A stretch of DNA of 48,751 bases from Candidatus Levyibacteriota bacterium (GCA_016204535.1 JACQKL010000042.1:1-48751); one strand, 5' to 3'; shown: positions 25,691 to 36,066, numbered from the stretch's first letter. The notes: generated from the letters alone by a model not told the origin. Translations and numbers: made by a program.

Positions 25691-27106
25691 TTACTCCTTG
25701 GTTCCTCTCAAATACACTGCCGCCCATGGTCTAAAATTAGAAGTAAATTTATCCGAGACTATAACTTTTCCATTTCTTGTAACTTCTCTAGTAAAGTAAA
25801 CATTTGCTCCCCAAGCAGAGAAGTCTACTTGTTTCAAAGTGCCTTTGGACAAAGTTGGATCATCTTGGTAGACGTCTGGGGGAGGAGGAATCTCACTGGT
25901 AATTACAGGTTTACTTATCACCGAACTCCTTCCATCCTTTGTTCCGTATAGCGAAAAGGTAAGTTTTTGAATGTCAGGATCAATATAAGTTTGAATAAGA
26001 ATATGGTTTCCCGTATCGTTTTTGAATTTAAGATCAACGCTTGGAGAATAAACAGTGGCATCAAAACCAGGAGGACTATCTTGTTCGTAGTAACCAACCC
26101 TATACGCATGAGCATATCTTTCCAGAATCGGCAAACCGGAATTTAATAAAGCTCTAAAAAGCGTCGTTGATACCTGACATATTCCACCCCCATCGCCAAG
26201 AACTGTTTTGCCGTTTTGTATAATATATGCCTCTTTATAACCCGTAAAAGAGGAAACATCCCCTAAAGCCTTAACGAAAGAAAATTCTTCATTTGGCGCA
26301 ACTAAAATACCGTTTAATCTTGTAGCTGCTAGGGTAATATTATAGATTCTATTTGCGATTGAGTGCGCAAAAAGAGAACTACCTTCTCCGATGAGCTCTT
26401 TTATTCCCAAGGTATTTGCTTTATCTGTAGTAATTTTAGGTTTTAGAACTTTAGTTGGAATTAGAATAACTACTTCTTGGGTTTTTTGTTTCATTATTTT
26501 TTCAAATTGAGAATTCAAGGTTTTTTTTAGACTTTCCACATCAACCATGCGACCTTCCTCTGAGGGTTTAAACGTAGTAACTTTTCCATCCTTAAAGTTA
26601 AAAAGCGCATCGGAAGGATCTTTATTTATTTTTTCCATAAAAGGAGTGAGGAGTTGATTAAGTTTGTCTTCAGAATAATGATATGGAGGCTCTAAATTTA
26701 ATCCATTAAGATATGCTTGAAAAACCAAACTAACATTTGAGAGAAAATTATTTGATCTACCAAGACTTATTACTTGTTTTGCAATGAGATTTTCATCGTA
26801 GCCAAAATTTAATTCTCTTGCGGAAATTGTAGCAGAAGAGGTATCGCTTGAGAAAGTGAACTTTGTTTCACCTATATACTCGTTTTTTTTTGTAAATAGC
26901 TCAAGTACTTCTTCTTCTCTCATCCTGCCCAAATCAATATTGTCAACTGTAATTCCTGGATAGGTAACGTTAGAATTTATTTTCTCAAAGACAATAAACG
27001 TAAAACTTGTAAGTAAAAAGAAGGCTAATATTGCCCCAATCGTAAACCACAAAAATGCTCTTAAAGTTTCAATAAAAACCTTTTTTCGAATTGTAATAAT
27101 TTTCAT
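25691..27106 (-). CDS. VanW family protein, membrane-anchored
   Basis: N-terminal TM helix. C-terminal GGGICQVSTTLFRALLNSGLPILERYAHAYRVGYYE is characteristic of VanW domains. First gene of the long minus-strand operon. Confidence 0.75.
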   Translation of the reverse strand: MKIITIRKKVFIETLRAFLWFTIGAILAFFLLTSFTFIVFEKINSNVTYPGITVDNIDLGRMREEEVLELFTKKNEYIGETKFTFSSDTSSATISARELNFGYDENLIAKQVISLGRSNNFLSNVSLVFQAYLNGLNLEPPYHYSEDKLNQLLTPFMEKINKDPSDALFNFKDGKVTTFKPSEEGRMVDVESLKKTLNSQFEKIMKQKTQEVVILIPTKVLKPKITTDKANTLGIKELIGEGSSLFAHSIANRIYNITLAATRLNGILVAPNEEFSFVKALGDVSSFTGYKEAYIIQNGKTVLGDGGGICQVSTTLFRALLNSGLPILERYAHAYRVGYYEQDSPPGFDATVYSPSVDLKFKNDTGNHILIQTYIDPDIQKLTFSLYGTKDGRSSVISKPVITSEIPPPPDVYQDDPTLSKGTLKQVDFSAWGANVYFTREVTRNGKVIVSDKFTSNFRPWAAVYLRGTKE

Positions 27107-27155
27107 CTATTTGATTTGATATCCTAATCATTGCATATTATACTAAATGTAGTAT

Positions 27156-28562
27156 ATGGATGAAAACACAATTTTTCAAAGTCTTCCTGAAACAGACAAA
27201 CAACCAAAAACTTTGGTAGATACCCCTGTTGCTCCTCTTCCGCAAGATTTGCCCACTTCACCTCCTTCTTCGATAATCTCTAAGATCCTAAAGATTTTTT
27301 TGGGAATAGTTATTGTTTTATCGGTCATTTTTATAATTTTTAATTTTGTTTTACCTAGATTTTCGGGTTCTAAAAGCAATAAAATTACCTTAGTATATTG
27401 GGGATTATGGGAAGACTCTTCTGTAATTGCTCCAATAATTTCTGATTTCGAGGAGACAAATCCCAATATTAAAATAGACTATTCAAAACAGGACAAAAAA
27501 AAACAATACCGGGAAAGATTGATAACAAGATCTAGTAATGGTAATGGACCGGATGTTTTTAGGTTTCATAATACTTGGATTCCAGAGCTCCCTAACCTTC
27601 TTTTGCCCCTTCCAACCAGTATTATTTCTAAAGAAGAATTTACTAAAAATTATTATCCCGTTGCCAAATCGGACCTCATAAAAAATGGCGCAATCTATGG
27701 TATACCCTTACAAATAGATACTTTGAATCTTTATATAAACACTGAGCTTTTTCGCTCGGCAGGATTAAAGCCGCCAACCAACTGGATAGAATTTACAGAT
27801 TACTCAAGACAACTAACGGTTAAGGATGAAAATAATAATATAAAAACAGCCGGAGCAGCGATGGGGACATATGGCAATGTTAACCATGCGCCAAGTATAA
27901 TATCAATGCTTTTTGTTCAAAATGGGGTTGATCTAAAAGATATTGCTACAAGCTCAGAAAATGCAAGCGATGCATTACGCTTTTATTCTTCTTTTGCATT
28001 GCCAGGGGCCAATGTTTGGGACGATACTCTTGGTTCATCTGTTGAAATGTTTGCATCGGGGTCATTGGCGATGTATTTTGGTTATTCTTGGGATTTTTTT
28101 ATAATAAAATCAATTAACCCCAACCTCTCTTTTAATATTTATCCGGTGCCAAGTTTACCCGGGAAAAATATAACGATTGCAAGTTACTGGGCAGAAGGAG
28201 TTTCCAGTAAAAGTAAGCATCAAAAAGAAGCGCTTCTTTTTCTGAAATATTTGGCCCAAAAAGAAACAGCGCAAAAACTTTTTTCTGAAGAGTCAAAAAC
28301 CAGAAACTTTGGAGAACCATATGCCAGAACTGATCTTGCAGATAGCTTGAAAAGTTCTGTAGCTTATCCTTTCGTCGAAAGTGCGCCATCCGCCGTTTCT
28401 TCTTTTTTTGCCGAAGACACATACGACAATGGGCTGAATTCACAGATGAACATCTATCTTGGCAATGCAGTCGATTCTATACTTAATGGAACTTCTCCTC
28501 AGAGTGCGGTTGAAACTCTTTCTGCCGGCGTAACACAGGTTTTGAAGCAGTATGGTCAATAA
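27156..28562 (+). CDS. membrane-anchored extracellular solute-binding protein (ABC family 1-like)
   Basis: TM anchor, then ITLVYWGLWE...GPDVFRFHNTWIPEL...IYGIPLQIDTLNLYIN, typical of sugar-type SBPs. No permease or ATPase genes adjacent. Confidence 0.65.
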   Translation: MDENTIFQSLPETDKQPKTLVDTPVAPLPQDLPTSPPSSIISKILKIFLGIVIVLSVIFIIFNFVLPRFSGSKSNKITLVYWGLWEDSSVIAPIISDFEETNPNIKIDYSKQDKKKQYRERLITRSSNGNGPDVFRFHNTWIPELPNLLLPLPTSIISKEEFTKNYYPVAKSDLIKNGAIYGIPLQIDTLNLYINTELFRSAGLKPPTNWIEFTDYSRQLTVKDENNNIKTAGAAMGTYGNVNHAPSIISMLFVQNGVDLKDIATSSENASDALRFYSSFALPGANVWDDTLGSSVEMFASGSLAMYFGYSWDFFIIKSINPNLSFNIYPVPSLPGKNITIASYWAEGVSSKSKHQKEALLFLKYLAQKETAQKLFSEESKTRNFGEPYARTDLADSLKSSVAYPFVESAPSAVSSFFAEDTYDNGLNSQMNIYLGNAVDSILNGTSPQSAVETLSAGVTQVLKQYGQ

Positions 28563-29589
28563 TTTTCCTATTCGAAGTGACATGAAGCTTAATACAGTCG
28601 TTTGCGGAGGCACATTTGACCATTTTCATAAAGGACACGAAGCTTTTTTAAACCACGCTTTGGATTTAGGGAATAAAGTCGCTATAGGCTTAACAAGTGA
28701 TTCTTATGTGCGAAGTTGGAAGATAGAAACTAGAAATTTGAATCAAATAGAAAGTTTTGTAAAGAGAAAGACTTCTCTCTTAGCTTTTTTAAAAACAAAA
28801 GGAGTTTTAGATAGGGCGGAAATAGTAGAGATAAACGATATCTTTGGACAGACACTTTTAAAAGATTTTCCGATTGATACGATTGTTGTTTCAAAAGATT
28901 CAAAAAAAGGAGCAGACATTATTAATCGGAAAAGGAAAGAGTTGAACCTAAACCTTCTTAAAGTTTTTGTTGTTTCTTCTATTAAGGCAGAAGATGGAAG
29001 ACTTATTTCATCTGCGAGAATTAGGAATGGCGAGATAAATAGGGCAGGCAAGCTTTACGTAAAACCAGCGTGGCTTAAGACAGACTTGGTTCTTCCTGAA
29101 GACTTAAAACGAAAGCTTAAAGAACCTTTTGGCAAGCTTTGTCAAGAAGCTGATCTAAAAAATGAACTTAATTCGGCCTACGTAATTACAGTTGGAGACG
29201 TCACATCCAAAAAATTTAACGAAAATTCTATTCAGCAAAATATTTCGGTTGTTGATTTTAGAGTAGCAAGACAAGAAAAATTTTCTTCTTTTTCCGAATT
29301 GGGTTTTTTAGGTAGTGAAAAAGTGATTACCGTTAACAATCCTCCGGGGCATATTACTTTCGATTTATTTTGCGCAATAACAAAAATATTCAAAACAGAT
29401 TTTAAAAATAGGATTATTGTAAAAGTAATAGGCGAGGAAGATCTGGCTGTTTTGCCTTTAATTCTTCTTTCACCTCTGGGTACCAGTATCTATTATGGTC
29501 AGCCAGACGAGGGAATAGTGAAAATCGTTATTTCAGAAGACAGTAAGGACAAAACATATAATCTTCTCTCAAAATTTAAGCCTATATAA
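28552..29589 (+). CDS. fusion of archaeal/eukaryal-type phosphopantetheine adenylyltransferase with a DUF359 (GTP-dependent dephospho-CoA kinase-like) domain
   Basis: N-terminal half VVCGGTFDHFHKGHEAFL (cytidylyltransferase fold). C-terminal half VITVGDVTSKKF...ISVVDFRVARQE...NPPGHITFDL matches DUF359 signature blocks. Alternative start at ATG 28582. Confidence 0.65.
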   Translation: MVNNFPIRSDMKLNTVVCGGTFDHFHKGHEAFLNHALDLGNKVAIGLTSDSYVRSWKIETRNLNQIESFVKRKTSLLAFLKTKGVLDRAEIVEINDIFGQTLLKDFPIDTIVVSKDSKKGADIINRKRKELNLNLLKVFVVSSIKAEDGRLISSARIRNGEINRAGKLYVKPAWLKTDLVLPEDLKRKLKEPFGKLCQEADLKNELNSAYVITVGDVTSKKFNENSIQQNISVVDFRVARQEKFSSFSELGFLGSEKVITVNNPPGHITFDLFCAITKIFKTDFKNRIIVKVIGEEDLAVLPLILLSPLGTSIYYGQPDEGIVKIVISEDSKDKTYNLLSKFKPI

Positions 29590-29605
29590 CTAATACTAGA
29601 GGTTA

Positions 29606-29634
29606 TTGACAAATATTCGGATTTCCTATATATT
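29606..29634 (+). promoter_or_regulatory. near-consensus promoter TTGACA-17-TATATT upstream of greA
   Basis: TTGACA 29606-29611, TATATT 29629-29634. Predicts a leader of about 50 nt. Confidence 0.55.
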
Positions 29635-29643
29635 TTGGATGTT

Positions 29644-29671
29644 AATCCCTCCAAACAAAAAAAGAGGGATT
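29644..29671 (+). promoter_or_regulatory. greA leader hairpin (8-bp stem, 12-nt A-rich loop)
   Basis: AATCCCTC (29644-51) pairs with GAGGGATT (29664-71), followed by TATTGTAATTT. Confidence 0.35.
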
Positions 29672-29693
29672 TATTGTAATTTAAGCATTAATT

Positions 29694-30164
29694 ATGGATA
29701 ACAATAAGAAAATTTATTTAACAAAAGAAGGGCTTACGGAGCTTAAAAAAGAATATGATGAATTGACAAACAAAAAAAGACCCACAGTTCTGGCGCGCGT
29801 TAGTCAGGCTCGCAATATGGGTGATTTGTCGGAAAATGCCGAATATGTTGCGGCAAGAGAAGAACTAACATTTATAGATGGAAGAATTGACGAGTTGGAA
29901 ATTATTCTTAAGCAAGCAGTTATCATAAGAGATGTTAAAGCTTCAAATCATGCCATAAAGTTAGGGTCAACCGTAACACTTAATTCCAATGGTAAAAAAG
30001 AAGTGTTTACGGTTGTTGGAGAATGGGAAGCAGATCCTACCAACAAAAAAATCTCACATGAATCTCCGCTTGGTAAAGTTTTGATTGGGAAAAGAGTTGG
30101 GGAAAAAGTTCAAGTTGAGGCTCCCGTCGGAAAAATTACTTACTCTGTAGTTTCCATACACTAG
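29694..30164 (+). CDS. greA: transcription elongation factor GreA
   Basis: YLTKEGLTELKKEYDEL...GDLSENAEYVAAREE...SPLGKVLIGKRVGEKV. Confidence 0.9.
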   Translation: MDNNKKIYLTKEGLTELKKEYDELTNKKRPTVLARVSQARNMGDLSENAEYVAAREELTFIDGRIDELEIILKQAVIIRDVKASNHAIKLGSTVTLNSNGKKEVFTVVGEWEADPTNKKISHESPLGKVLIGKRVGEKVQVEAPVGKITYSVVSIH

Positions 30165-30229
30165 ATTTTGAATCCGAATGATTCTCCTAGCTATTACGAT
30201 TGAATAATATGAGCATAAAACGAACTAAA

Positions 30230-31234
30230 ATGCTTGCTGTTTTGAAAGAAAGAAAAGCTCCGGGGGTAAATATCAAAATGGTTCCTCTTCCCAAGCTCCA
30301 AAAAGAAGAAGTCTTAGTTAAAGTTATTTACGCATCAATTTGTGGTACGGATATAGGAATATATGATTGGAACGCTTGGGCAGCGGGACATATTAAGCCT
30401 CCCCAAATAATTGGACATGAAATGGTAGGAAAAGTTATGAACATTAATACCAGCTCGAAAACCGATATTAAAATTGGGGATTTGGTGTCTTCGGAAACGC
30501 ATATTTTCTGCCTTAACTGCTATCAATGTCAGATTAAAAATTATCACATTTGCGAAAATATGAAATTATTTGGAATTGGCAGAAATGGTTCTTTTGCAGA
30601 GTATGCAACGATTCCTTTAAGAACTACTTGGAAAAATGACGCAAAAATTCCAGTTGAAACAATGAGCGTGCAGGAGCCGTTGGGTAATGCAGTTAATGTT
30701 GTAACAAAAGCACGAGTTAAAGGCAAAAAAGTCCTGGTAATGGGTCTTGGGCCAACAGGGCTTTGTGCCGGTGCGGTGGCTAAAGCTTATGGGGCAAAAG
30801 AAGTGGTCGGCGTTAATAGAAGAGAATATAGACGTCGCTTAGCAATGAAAATGGGATTTGATTGGGTAGTTGAAAAAGTAGATCCGCAAGAGTATGGAAC
30901 CTTTGATGTGGTTTTGGAAATGAGCGGTAATCGTTTGGGAATACAAATAGCTTTAGATGCGGCTCGAATTGCCGGAAAAATTATTGCATTTGGTATACCC
31001 AAAGAAAATATAAATATTGATTGGGGAAAGTATATGATCAACAAGGAACTTGCGATAGAGTCAGTTTTCGGTAGAATGATCTGGGATACATGGAAAGATA
31101 CAACGAAACTTTTGGTTTCGGGCAAAATTGATTTAAGAAAAATTATTACCCATCGGTTTAAACTTTCGGAATTTGAAAAAGCAATGGAAATTATGAAATC
31201 CGGTGAAGCAGGAAAAATATTGTTAGAACCATAA
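30230..31234 (+). CDS. tdh: L-threonine 3-dehydrogenase
   Basis: Zn-ADH fold with [49 protein letters not shown] matches, from memory, the usual TDH N-terminus (MKALSKLKAEEG in E. coli). The ORF-track start 30200 and ATG 30209 are less likely. Confidence 0.8.
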   Translation: MLAVLKERKAPGVNIKMVPLPKLQKEEVLVKVIYASICGTDIGIYDWNAWAAGHIKPPQIIGHEMVGKVMNINTSSKTDIKIGDLVSSETHIFCLNCYQCQIKNYHICENMKLFGIGRNGSFAEYATIPLRTTWKNDAKIPVETMSVQEPLGNAVNVVTKARVKGKKVLVMGLGPTGLCAGAVAKAYGAKEVVGVNRREYRRRLAMKMGFDWVVEKVDPQEYGTFDVVLEMSGNRLGIQIALDAARIAGKIIAFGIPKENINIDWGKYMINKELAIESVFGRMIWDTWKDTTKLLVSGKIDLRKIITHRFKLSEFEKAMEIMKSGEAGKILLEP

Positions 31235-32430
31235 TGAACGTTCAAAGCTATTATAAAAAACTACAGGAAATTAATAAGCTGGCAGTATCTCCTCGAATTA
31301 TAGAATCTGGTCAGGGCGCTTACTTAACGATTAACGGAAAGGAACTTTTGAATTTTTGTTCCAGCCATTATTTGGGTCTTGCGGTTGATGAAAGGCTTAA
31401 AAAAGCAGTTAAAGATGCAGTGGATAAATATGGAGTTGGCACAGGGTATCGTACTCTCGCGGGCACACATGTTTTACATATTGAACTTGAGAAAGCAATT
31501 GCGCAACTTAAGGGAACAGAAGCGGCGGTTGTTTTTACCAGCGCTTACATGGCAAATTGCGCAGCCATTCAAACAATAATTGGCAAAGAAGATATTGTTA
31601 TTTCTGATGAATTAAATCACGCTTCAATTATTGACGCGATAAGGCTTTCTCAGGTCAAAAACAAATTCATTTATAAACATACAGATGCTAAAAGTTTGGA
31701 AGAGCAATTAAAACAAGCGTCACTGCTTGCGCAAACTCCAAAATCAGACGGAAAGACTCCGGTTATTTTGATAATAACAGACGGAGTATTTTCTATGGAT
31801 GGAGATCTGGCGCCTCTTCCTCAAATCGTTAAGCTTGCTAAAAAATATGGAGCCTTAACCATGGTTGATGACGCGCACGGTGAAGGAGTTTTAGGAAAAG
31901 GTGGGCGAGGAATTGTTGATCATTTTGGACTTTTAGGAAAGGTAGATATTGAAATCGGAAGTCTTTCCAAAGCCTTTTCGACAATTGGTGGATTTATTGC
32001 AGGAAAAAAAACCTTAATTGATTTTTACAATCAAAAGGCAAGACAGAGACTTTTTTCTATTGCCTTAACCATTCCCGATACGGCTGCTGCTTTAGAAGCG
32101 GTTCGAATCCTTCAGGAATCAGATGCAGTCGTTAAAAAGCTGTGGGATAACGTAAGCTATATAAAATCAGAATTTAAAAAATTAGGTTTTGACGTTGGGC
32201 ATTCACAGACTCCAATTACTCCGGTAATGTTGGGAGATGAAGAAATAGCAAAGAAATTTAGCGTTAGGCTTTTTGAAGAAGGCATTTTTGCAACTCCAAT
32301 AGTTTTTCCAATGGTTGCTAAAGATAAGGCAAGAATTAGAGTTATTCCTTCGGCAATTCACTCCAAAAAGGATTTGGACTTTGCTATTAAAGCATTTGAA
32401 AAGGTAGCAAAGGAATTAAAAGTTTTATAA
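31234..32430 (+). CDS. kbl: 2-amino-3-ketobutyrate CoA ligase (glycine C-acetyltransferase)
   Basis: AONS-family PLP enzyme ([30 protein letters not shown]-lysine). Coupled to tdh (TAATG overlap). Confidence 0.8.
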   Translation: MNVQSYYKKLQEINKLAVSPRIIESGQGAYLTINGKELLNFCSSHYLGLAVDERLKKAVKDAVDKYGVGTGYRTLAGTHVLHIELEKAIAQLKGTEAAVVFTSAYMANCAAIQTIIGKEDIVISDELNHASIIDAIRLSQVKNKFIYKHTDAKSLEEQLKQASLLAQTPKSDGKTPVILIITDGVFSMDGDLAPLPQIVKLAKKYGALTMVDDAHGEGVLGKGGRGIVDHFGLLGKVDIEIGSLSKAFSTIGGFIAGKKTLIDFYNQKARQRLFSIALTIPDTAAALEAVRILQESDAVVKKLWDNVSYIKSEFKKLGFDVGHSQTPITPVMLGDEEIAKKFSVRLFEEGIFATPIVFPMVAKDKARIRVIPSAIHSKKDLDFAIKAFEKVAKELKVL

Positions 32431-32459
32431 TTGCCTCGCAAACTACTTTAAAGTATACT
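32431..32459 (+). promoter_or_regulatory. promoter TTGCCT-17-TATACT, leaderless lysS start
   Basis: TTGCCT 32431-32436, TATACT 32454-32459. The A of ATG 32466 is 7 nt after the hexamer. Confidence 0.5.
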
Positions 32460-32465
32460 AGTCCT

Positions 32466-33908
32466 ATGCAGGATAAAGATTTTAGGCAAGTTCGGCTTGA
32501 AAAGCTTGAGAAGATAAAAGCGCTGGGGTGGAATCCATATGTCTCTTCATTTGACAAAAAACAAACAATTGCGGAAAGCTTAAAAAGTTTAGGTAAGACT
32601 GTAAAAACTGCAGGGAAAATTTTTTCTTTTAGAGAGCATGGAAATATTGCATTCGCAGACCTAAAAGATGAGACCGGAAAAATCCAGATTTTTTTTCAGA
32701 AAAAATTGTTAGGAGAAAATTACAAAAATCTTAAACTTTTAGATATCGGAGATTATATCGGAGTTCAAGGGGAAGTTATTAAAACAACAGCCGGTGAAAT
32801 TTCTATTGCCCCAACTTCTTACATTTTACTAACGAAATCTTTGCGTTCAATTCCCAGTGAATTTTTCGGCTTGAAAGATACAGAAGTTAGATACCGCCAA
32901 CGTTATTTAGACCTTTTAATTAATCCTCATGTACGCGACCAGTTTAATACCAGAACAAAATTAGTTAGCGGTGTTCGTGAATATCTTGATAAACTTGGTT
33001 TTTGGGAAGTTGAAACTCCAACGCTTCAGCCTTTATACGGAGGCGCAAATGCCAAACCCTTTAAAACTCATGTTAATGCGCTAAATGCAGACAGGTATTT
33101 AAGAATCGCAGACGAATTATATTTAAAACGTCTAGCAATTGGAGGGTATGAGAAAGTTTATGAAATATGTAAAGATTTTCGTAATGAAGGAATAGACCAT
33201 GTGCATTTTCCGGAATTTACAATGATTGAATGGTACGAAGCATATGCCAATTATCAAAGAGTAATGGATGTGGCAGAAGGATTATTTAAACATCTGGCAA
33301 AAAAACTTTATGGCCATACAACTTTACAAATTGACGATAAAAAAATCGATATTGGCAAGAAATGGCCAAGAATTGAGATGTCGGTTATTTTAAAAGAAAA
33401 ACTTAATTTAGATGTTGAAAAAGAAACTACAGAAAGTTTACTTTCTTATGCAAAAAAGAATTGTTCGGGTATGGAGCTATTTGGAGGGGAAACAAAAGGG
33501 CAACTTATCTTTGCAATTTTTGAACATGAGATTCCTCAATTATTGGAAGAACCAACTTGGATTCTCGATTATCCGGAAGATGTCAGCCCCCTATCAAAAT
33601 CTCACCCTACAAAACCTGGGTGGGTTGAGAGATTTGAAGGATATATCGGCGGAAAAGAAATTTGCGATGGATGGAGTGAATTAACAGATCCGCAAATACA
33701 AAGGCAAAGATTCACCAAGGACATTAAGACGGCAAGACGCGACAAAGAAGAGGCTCAGCAAATCGATGAAGATTTTTTAACAGCGATGGAATACGGCATG
33801 CCGCCTCTTGGGGGAATTGGAATAGGGATTGACAGATTGGTAATGTTTTTTACCAACAAATGGGCAATAAAAGAAATAATTCTTTTCCCCAATCTTCGGT
33901 CAGAATGA
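32466..33908 (+). CDS. lysS: lysine--tRNA ligase, class II
   Basis: OB anticodon-binding N-domain. RYRQRYLDL, FRNEGID, class II motif 3 GGIGIGIDRLVM. Confidence 0.9.
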   Translation: MQDKDFRQVRLEKLEKIKALGWNPYVSSFDKKQTIAESLKSLGKTVKTAGKIFSFREHGNIAFADLKDETGKIQIFFQKKLLGENYKNLKLLDIGDYIGVQGEVIKTTAGEISIAPTSYILLTKSLRSIPSEFFGLKDTEVRYRQRYLDLLINPHVRDQFNTRTKLVSGVREYLDKLGFWEVETPTLQPLYGGANAKPFKTHVNALNADRYLRIADELYLKRLAIGGYEKVYEICKDFRNEGIDHVHFPEFTMIEWYEAYANYQRVMDVAEGLFKHLAKKLYGHTTLQIDDKKIDIGKKWPRIEMSVILKEKLNLDVEKETTESLLSYAKKNCSGMELFGGETKGQLIFAIFEHEIPQLLEEPTWILDYPEDVSPLSKSHPTKPGWVERFEGYIGGKEICDGWSELTDPQIQRQRFTKDIKTARRDKEEAQQIDEDFLTAMEYGMPPLGGIGIGIDRLVMFFTNKWAIKEIILFPNLRSE

Positions 33909-34516
33909 AAAAGCTTTTGGTTGCTACGACAAATCAGGGAAAATTAAAGGAGATTTCGCAATTTCTTTCTGATTTACCTCTTGAAATTATTTCACTTTTC
34001 GATGTTGGCATTGCGGATGATCTTGAAGAGACAGGAAAAACTTATAGACAAAATTCGCAAGCTAAAGCATTATTTTATGCAAAAATAAGTAAATTACCAG
34101 CTATTGCGGATGACGGAGGAATAGAAATAGATGTTTTAAATGGAAAGCCTGGAATAAAAAGCAGAAGATGGTTTGGGAAAAACTTAACTGATGAGAAAAT
34201 AATAAAACACATGGGGGAAGTTTCCAAAAAACTTCCAGAGGATAACAGAAAAGCTTTTTTCAAAACAGTTATTTCATTAGCATTACCAAATGGAAAAGTT
34301 TGGAGCGTTAGCGGAGAGATTCAAGGGATTATTGCGAAAAAACCTTATTTAAAATTATTGAAAGGCTATCCATACCGATCATTTTTTTATTTACCAAAAC
34401 TTAAAAAATATTATCACGAAAATCAATTGACCAATGAGGAAGAAAGGTTGTACAATCATAGATACAAGGCAATTGAAAAACTTAAACAGATAATAAGAAA
34501 AGTATTAAGTATTTAG
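33905..34516 (+). CDS. rdgB: non-canonical purine NTP pyrophosphatase (RdgB/HAM1 family)
   Basis: MKKLLVATTNQGKLKEI, ADDGGIEIDVLNGKPG. ATG 33905 overlaps the lysS stop (ATGA). The upstream ORF-track extension is rejected. Confidence 0.8.
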   Translation: MKKLLVATTNQGKLKEISQFLSDLPLEIISLFDVGIADDLEETGKTYRQNSQAKALFYAKISKLPAIADDGGIEIDVLNGKPGIKSRRWFGKNLTDEKIIKHMGEVSKKLPEDNRKAFFKTVISLALPNGKVWSVSGEIQGIIAKKPYLKLLKGYPYRSFFYLPKLKKYYHENQLTNEEERLYNHRYKAIEKLKQIIRKVLSI

Positions 34517-34535
34517 TATTATGTATTAAGTATGA
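34501..34535. repeat. heptanucleotide array (AGTATTA-like x5) spanning the rdgB stop and serS start
   Basis: AGTATTA AGTATTT AGTATTA TGTATTA AGTATGA. Contains the TAG stop (34514-16) and ATG 34532. Confidence 0.75.
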
Positions 34536-35815
34536 TAGATTTGGGATTTATTAGAGATCATCCGCAACAGATTCAAAAAGCTGCGAAAGATAAAAGTATA
34601 GATATTGATGTAGAAAAAATTATTGCAGTGGACCTAAATTATAGAAAAGTAAATTATGATATTCAGAATATTCGTGAAGACAGAAATTTATTAAACGAGC
34701 AAATAAAGAAAGAAGGTAAGCCGACTGAGGAGCAATTAAAATCAGCAGAGTTGCTGAAGAAAAATCTTAAAGAAAAAGAAGATTCTGCTAAAAAATACGA
34801 AGAAGATCTACGGAAATTATGGCTTGAGATTCCAAATCCTGCAAAATCCGATGTGAAAGTTGGGAAAGATGAATCAGACAATGAAATTATAGAAAATAGA
34901 AAATACAAGGAGCCCACGAAGTTTGATTTCAAACCTAAAGATCATTTAGAGCTAGGAGAATTTTTAGATGTTATCGATGTGAAAAATGCTGCAAAAGTTT
35001 CTGGAACGCGATTTGCATATTTAAAAAATGAAGGAGTATTATTGGAATTTGCTTTAATTCAATTAGCATTAGAAGTTTTAACAAAAGAAGGTTTTATCCC
35101 AATTGTTCCACCAGTTTTAATAAATCAAGAAATTACAGAAGGTTTGGGTTACTGGCAAGCAGGAGGAAACGAAGATTATTATCTAGTTGGTGAGCCGCAA
35201 GAAAACAAAAATTTTTATTTGGCAGGGACTGCCGAACATTCAATAGTTCCAATGTATAAAGATGAGATCTTGGATAAAAAAGATTTGCCCAAAAGATATG
35301 TTGGGTTTTCATCTGCTTTCAGAAGAGAAGCTGGAACTTATGGAAAAGATACGAGGGGGATTTTAAGAGTACATCAGTTTGATAAAGTGGAAATGGTTTC
35401 TTTTGTCACAGAAGATCAGGATGATAAAGAACATGAATATTTATTATCGTTGGAGGAAAAATTATTTCAGCTTTTAGAAATTCCATATCAAGTTGTTAAA
35501 ATGTGTACCGGCGATTTAGGTTTTCCTGTTGCAAGAAAATTTGATTTGGAAGCATGGATGCCGGGACAAAATAAATATCGAGAAATAACTTCAACATCTA
35601 CAACAACAGATTTTCAATCAAGGCGTTTAAATATTAAATATTATAATGATAATGGAGAAAAAAAGTTTGTGCATATTTTAAATGGAACCGCTTTTGCAAT
35701 TGGCAGAACAATAATTTCAATTCTAGAAAATTATCAGCAAAAAGACGGAAGCGTTTTAATTCCAAAAATTTTACAAAAATATTTACATTTTGAAAAAATA
35801 ACTCCAAAAAAATAA
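34532..35815 (+). CDS. serS: serine--tRNA ligase
   Basis: N-terminal coiled coil. Class II motifs FRREAGTYGKDTRGILRVHQFDKVE and TAFAIGRTIISILENYQ. Confidence 0.9.
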   Translation: MIDLGFIRDHPQQIQKAAKDKSIDIDVEKIIAVDLNYRKVNYDIQNIREDRNLLNEQIKKEGKPTEEQLKSAELLKKNLKEKEDSAKKYEEDLRKLWLEIPNPAKSDVKVGKDESDNEIIENRKYKEPTKFDFKPKDHLELGEFLDVIDVKNAAKVSGTRFAYLKNEGVLLEFALIQLALEVLTKEGFIPIVPPVLINQEITEGLGYWQAGGNEDYYLVGEPQENKNFYLAGTAEHSIVPMYKDEILDKKDLPKRYVGFSSAFRREAGTYGKDTRGILRVHQFDKVEMVSFVTEDQDDKEHEYLLSLEEKLFQLLEIPYQVVKMCTGDLGFPVARKFDLEAWMPGQNKYREITSTSTTTDFQSRRLNIKYYNDNGEKKFVHILNGTAFAIGRTIISILENYQQKDGSVLIPKILQKYLHFEKITPKK

Positions 35816-35952
35816 AAAATTGTACTTCATTTTTTTTGTTTATTTAAAGCCCCAAACTATTGTTTTTGAAGCAGAGTATTTTACTTGACAAATAAAAAAA
35901 ATTTATTCACGATATGAATTAGTATTAATAAAAAAAATGAGTTGAGACTACA

Positions 35953-35991
35953 ATGGCAAAGAAAAAGAAGAAGAGAAAGAAGAAGAAGTAA
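35953..35991 (+). other. poly-lysine micro-ORF MAKKKKKRKKKK in the serS-secA intergenic region
   Basis: ATG 35953, 10 Lys + 1 Arg codons (AAG/AAA/AGA), TAA 35989-35991. No convincing SD or promoter. Translation unproven. Confidence 0.25.
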
Positions 35992-36031
35992 TTGGAAAGC
36001 TATTTGGAGCATTACCAATTGATCAGTTGGT

Positions 36032-36066
36032 AACCCCTCACATTTAAATGTGAGGGGTTTTCTTTT
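36032..36066 (+). terminator. rho-independent terminator
   Basis: 11-bp perfect stem AACCCCTCACA/TGTGAGGGGTT (36032-42/36049-59), 6-nt loop, TTCTTTT tail. Preceded by a second hairpin TTACCAA/TTGGTAA (36012-18/36026-32). Confidence 0.8.

Noticed and set aside
29638-29700. 20-codon upstream ORF overlapping the greA start
   Set aside because: Its ATG (29638) lies upstream of the transcription start predicted from the TTGACA-17-TATATT promoter (about 29641), so it is unlikely to be on the mRNA.
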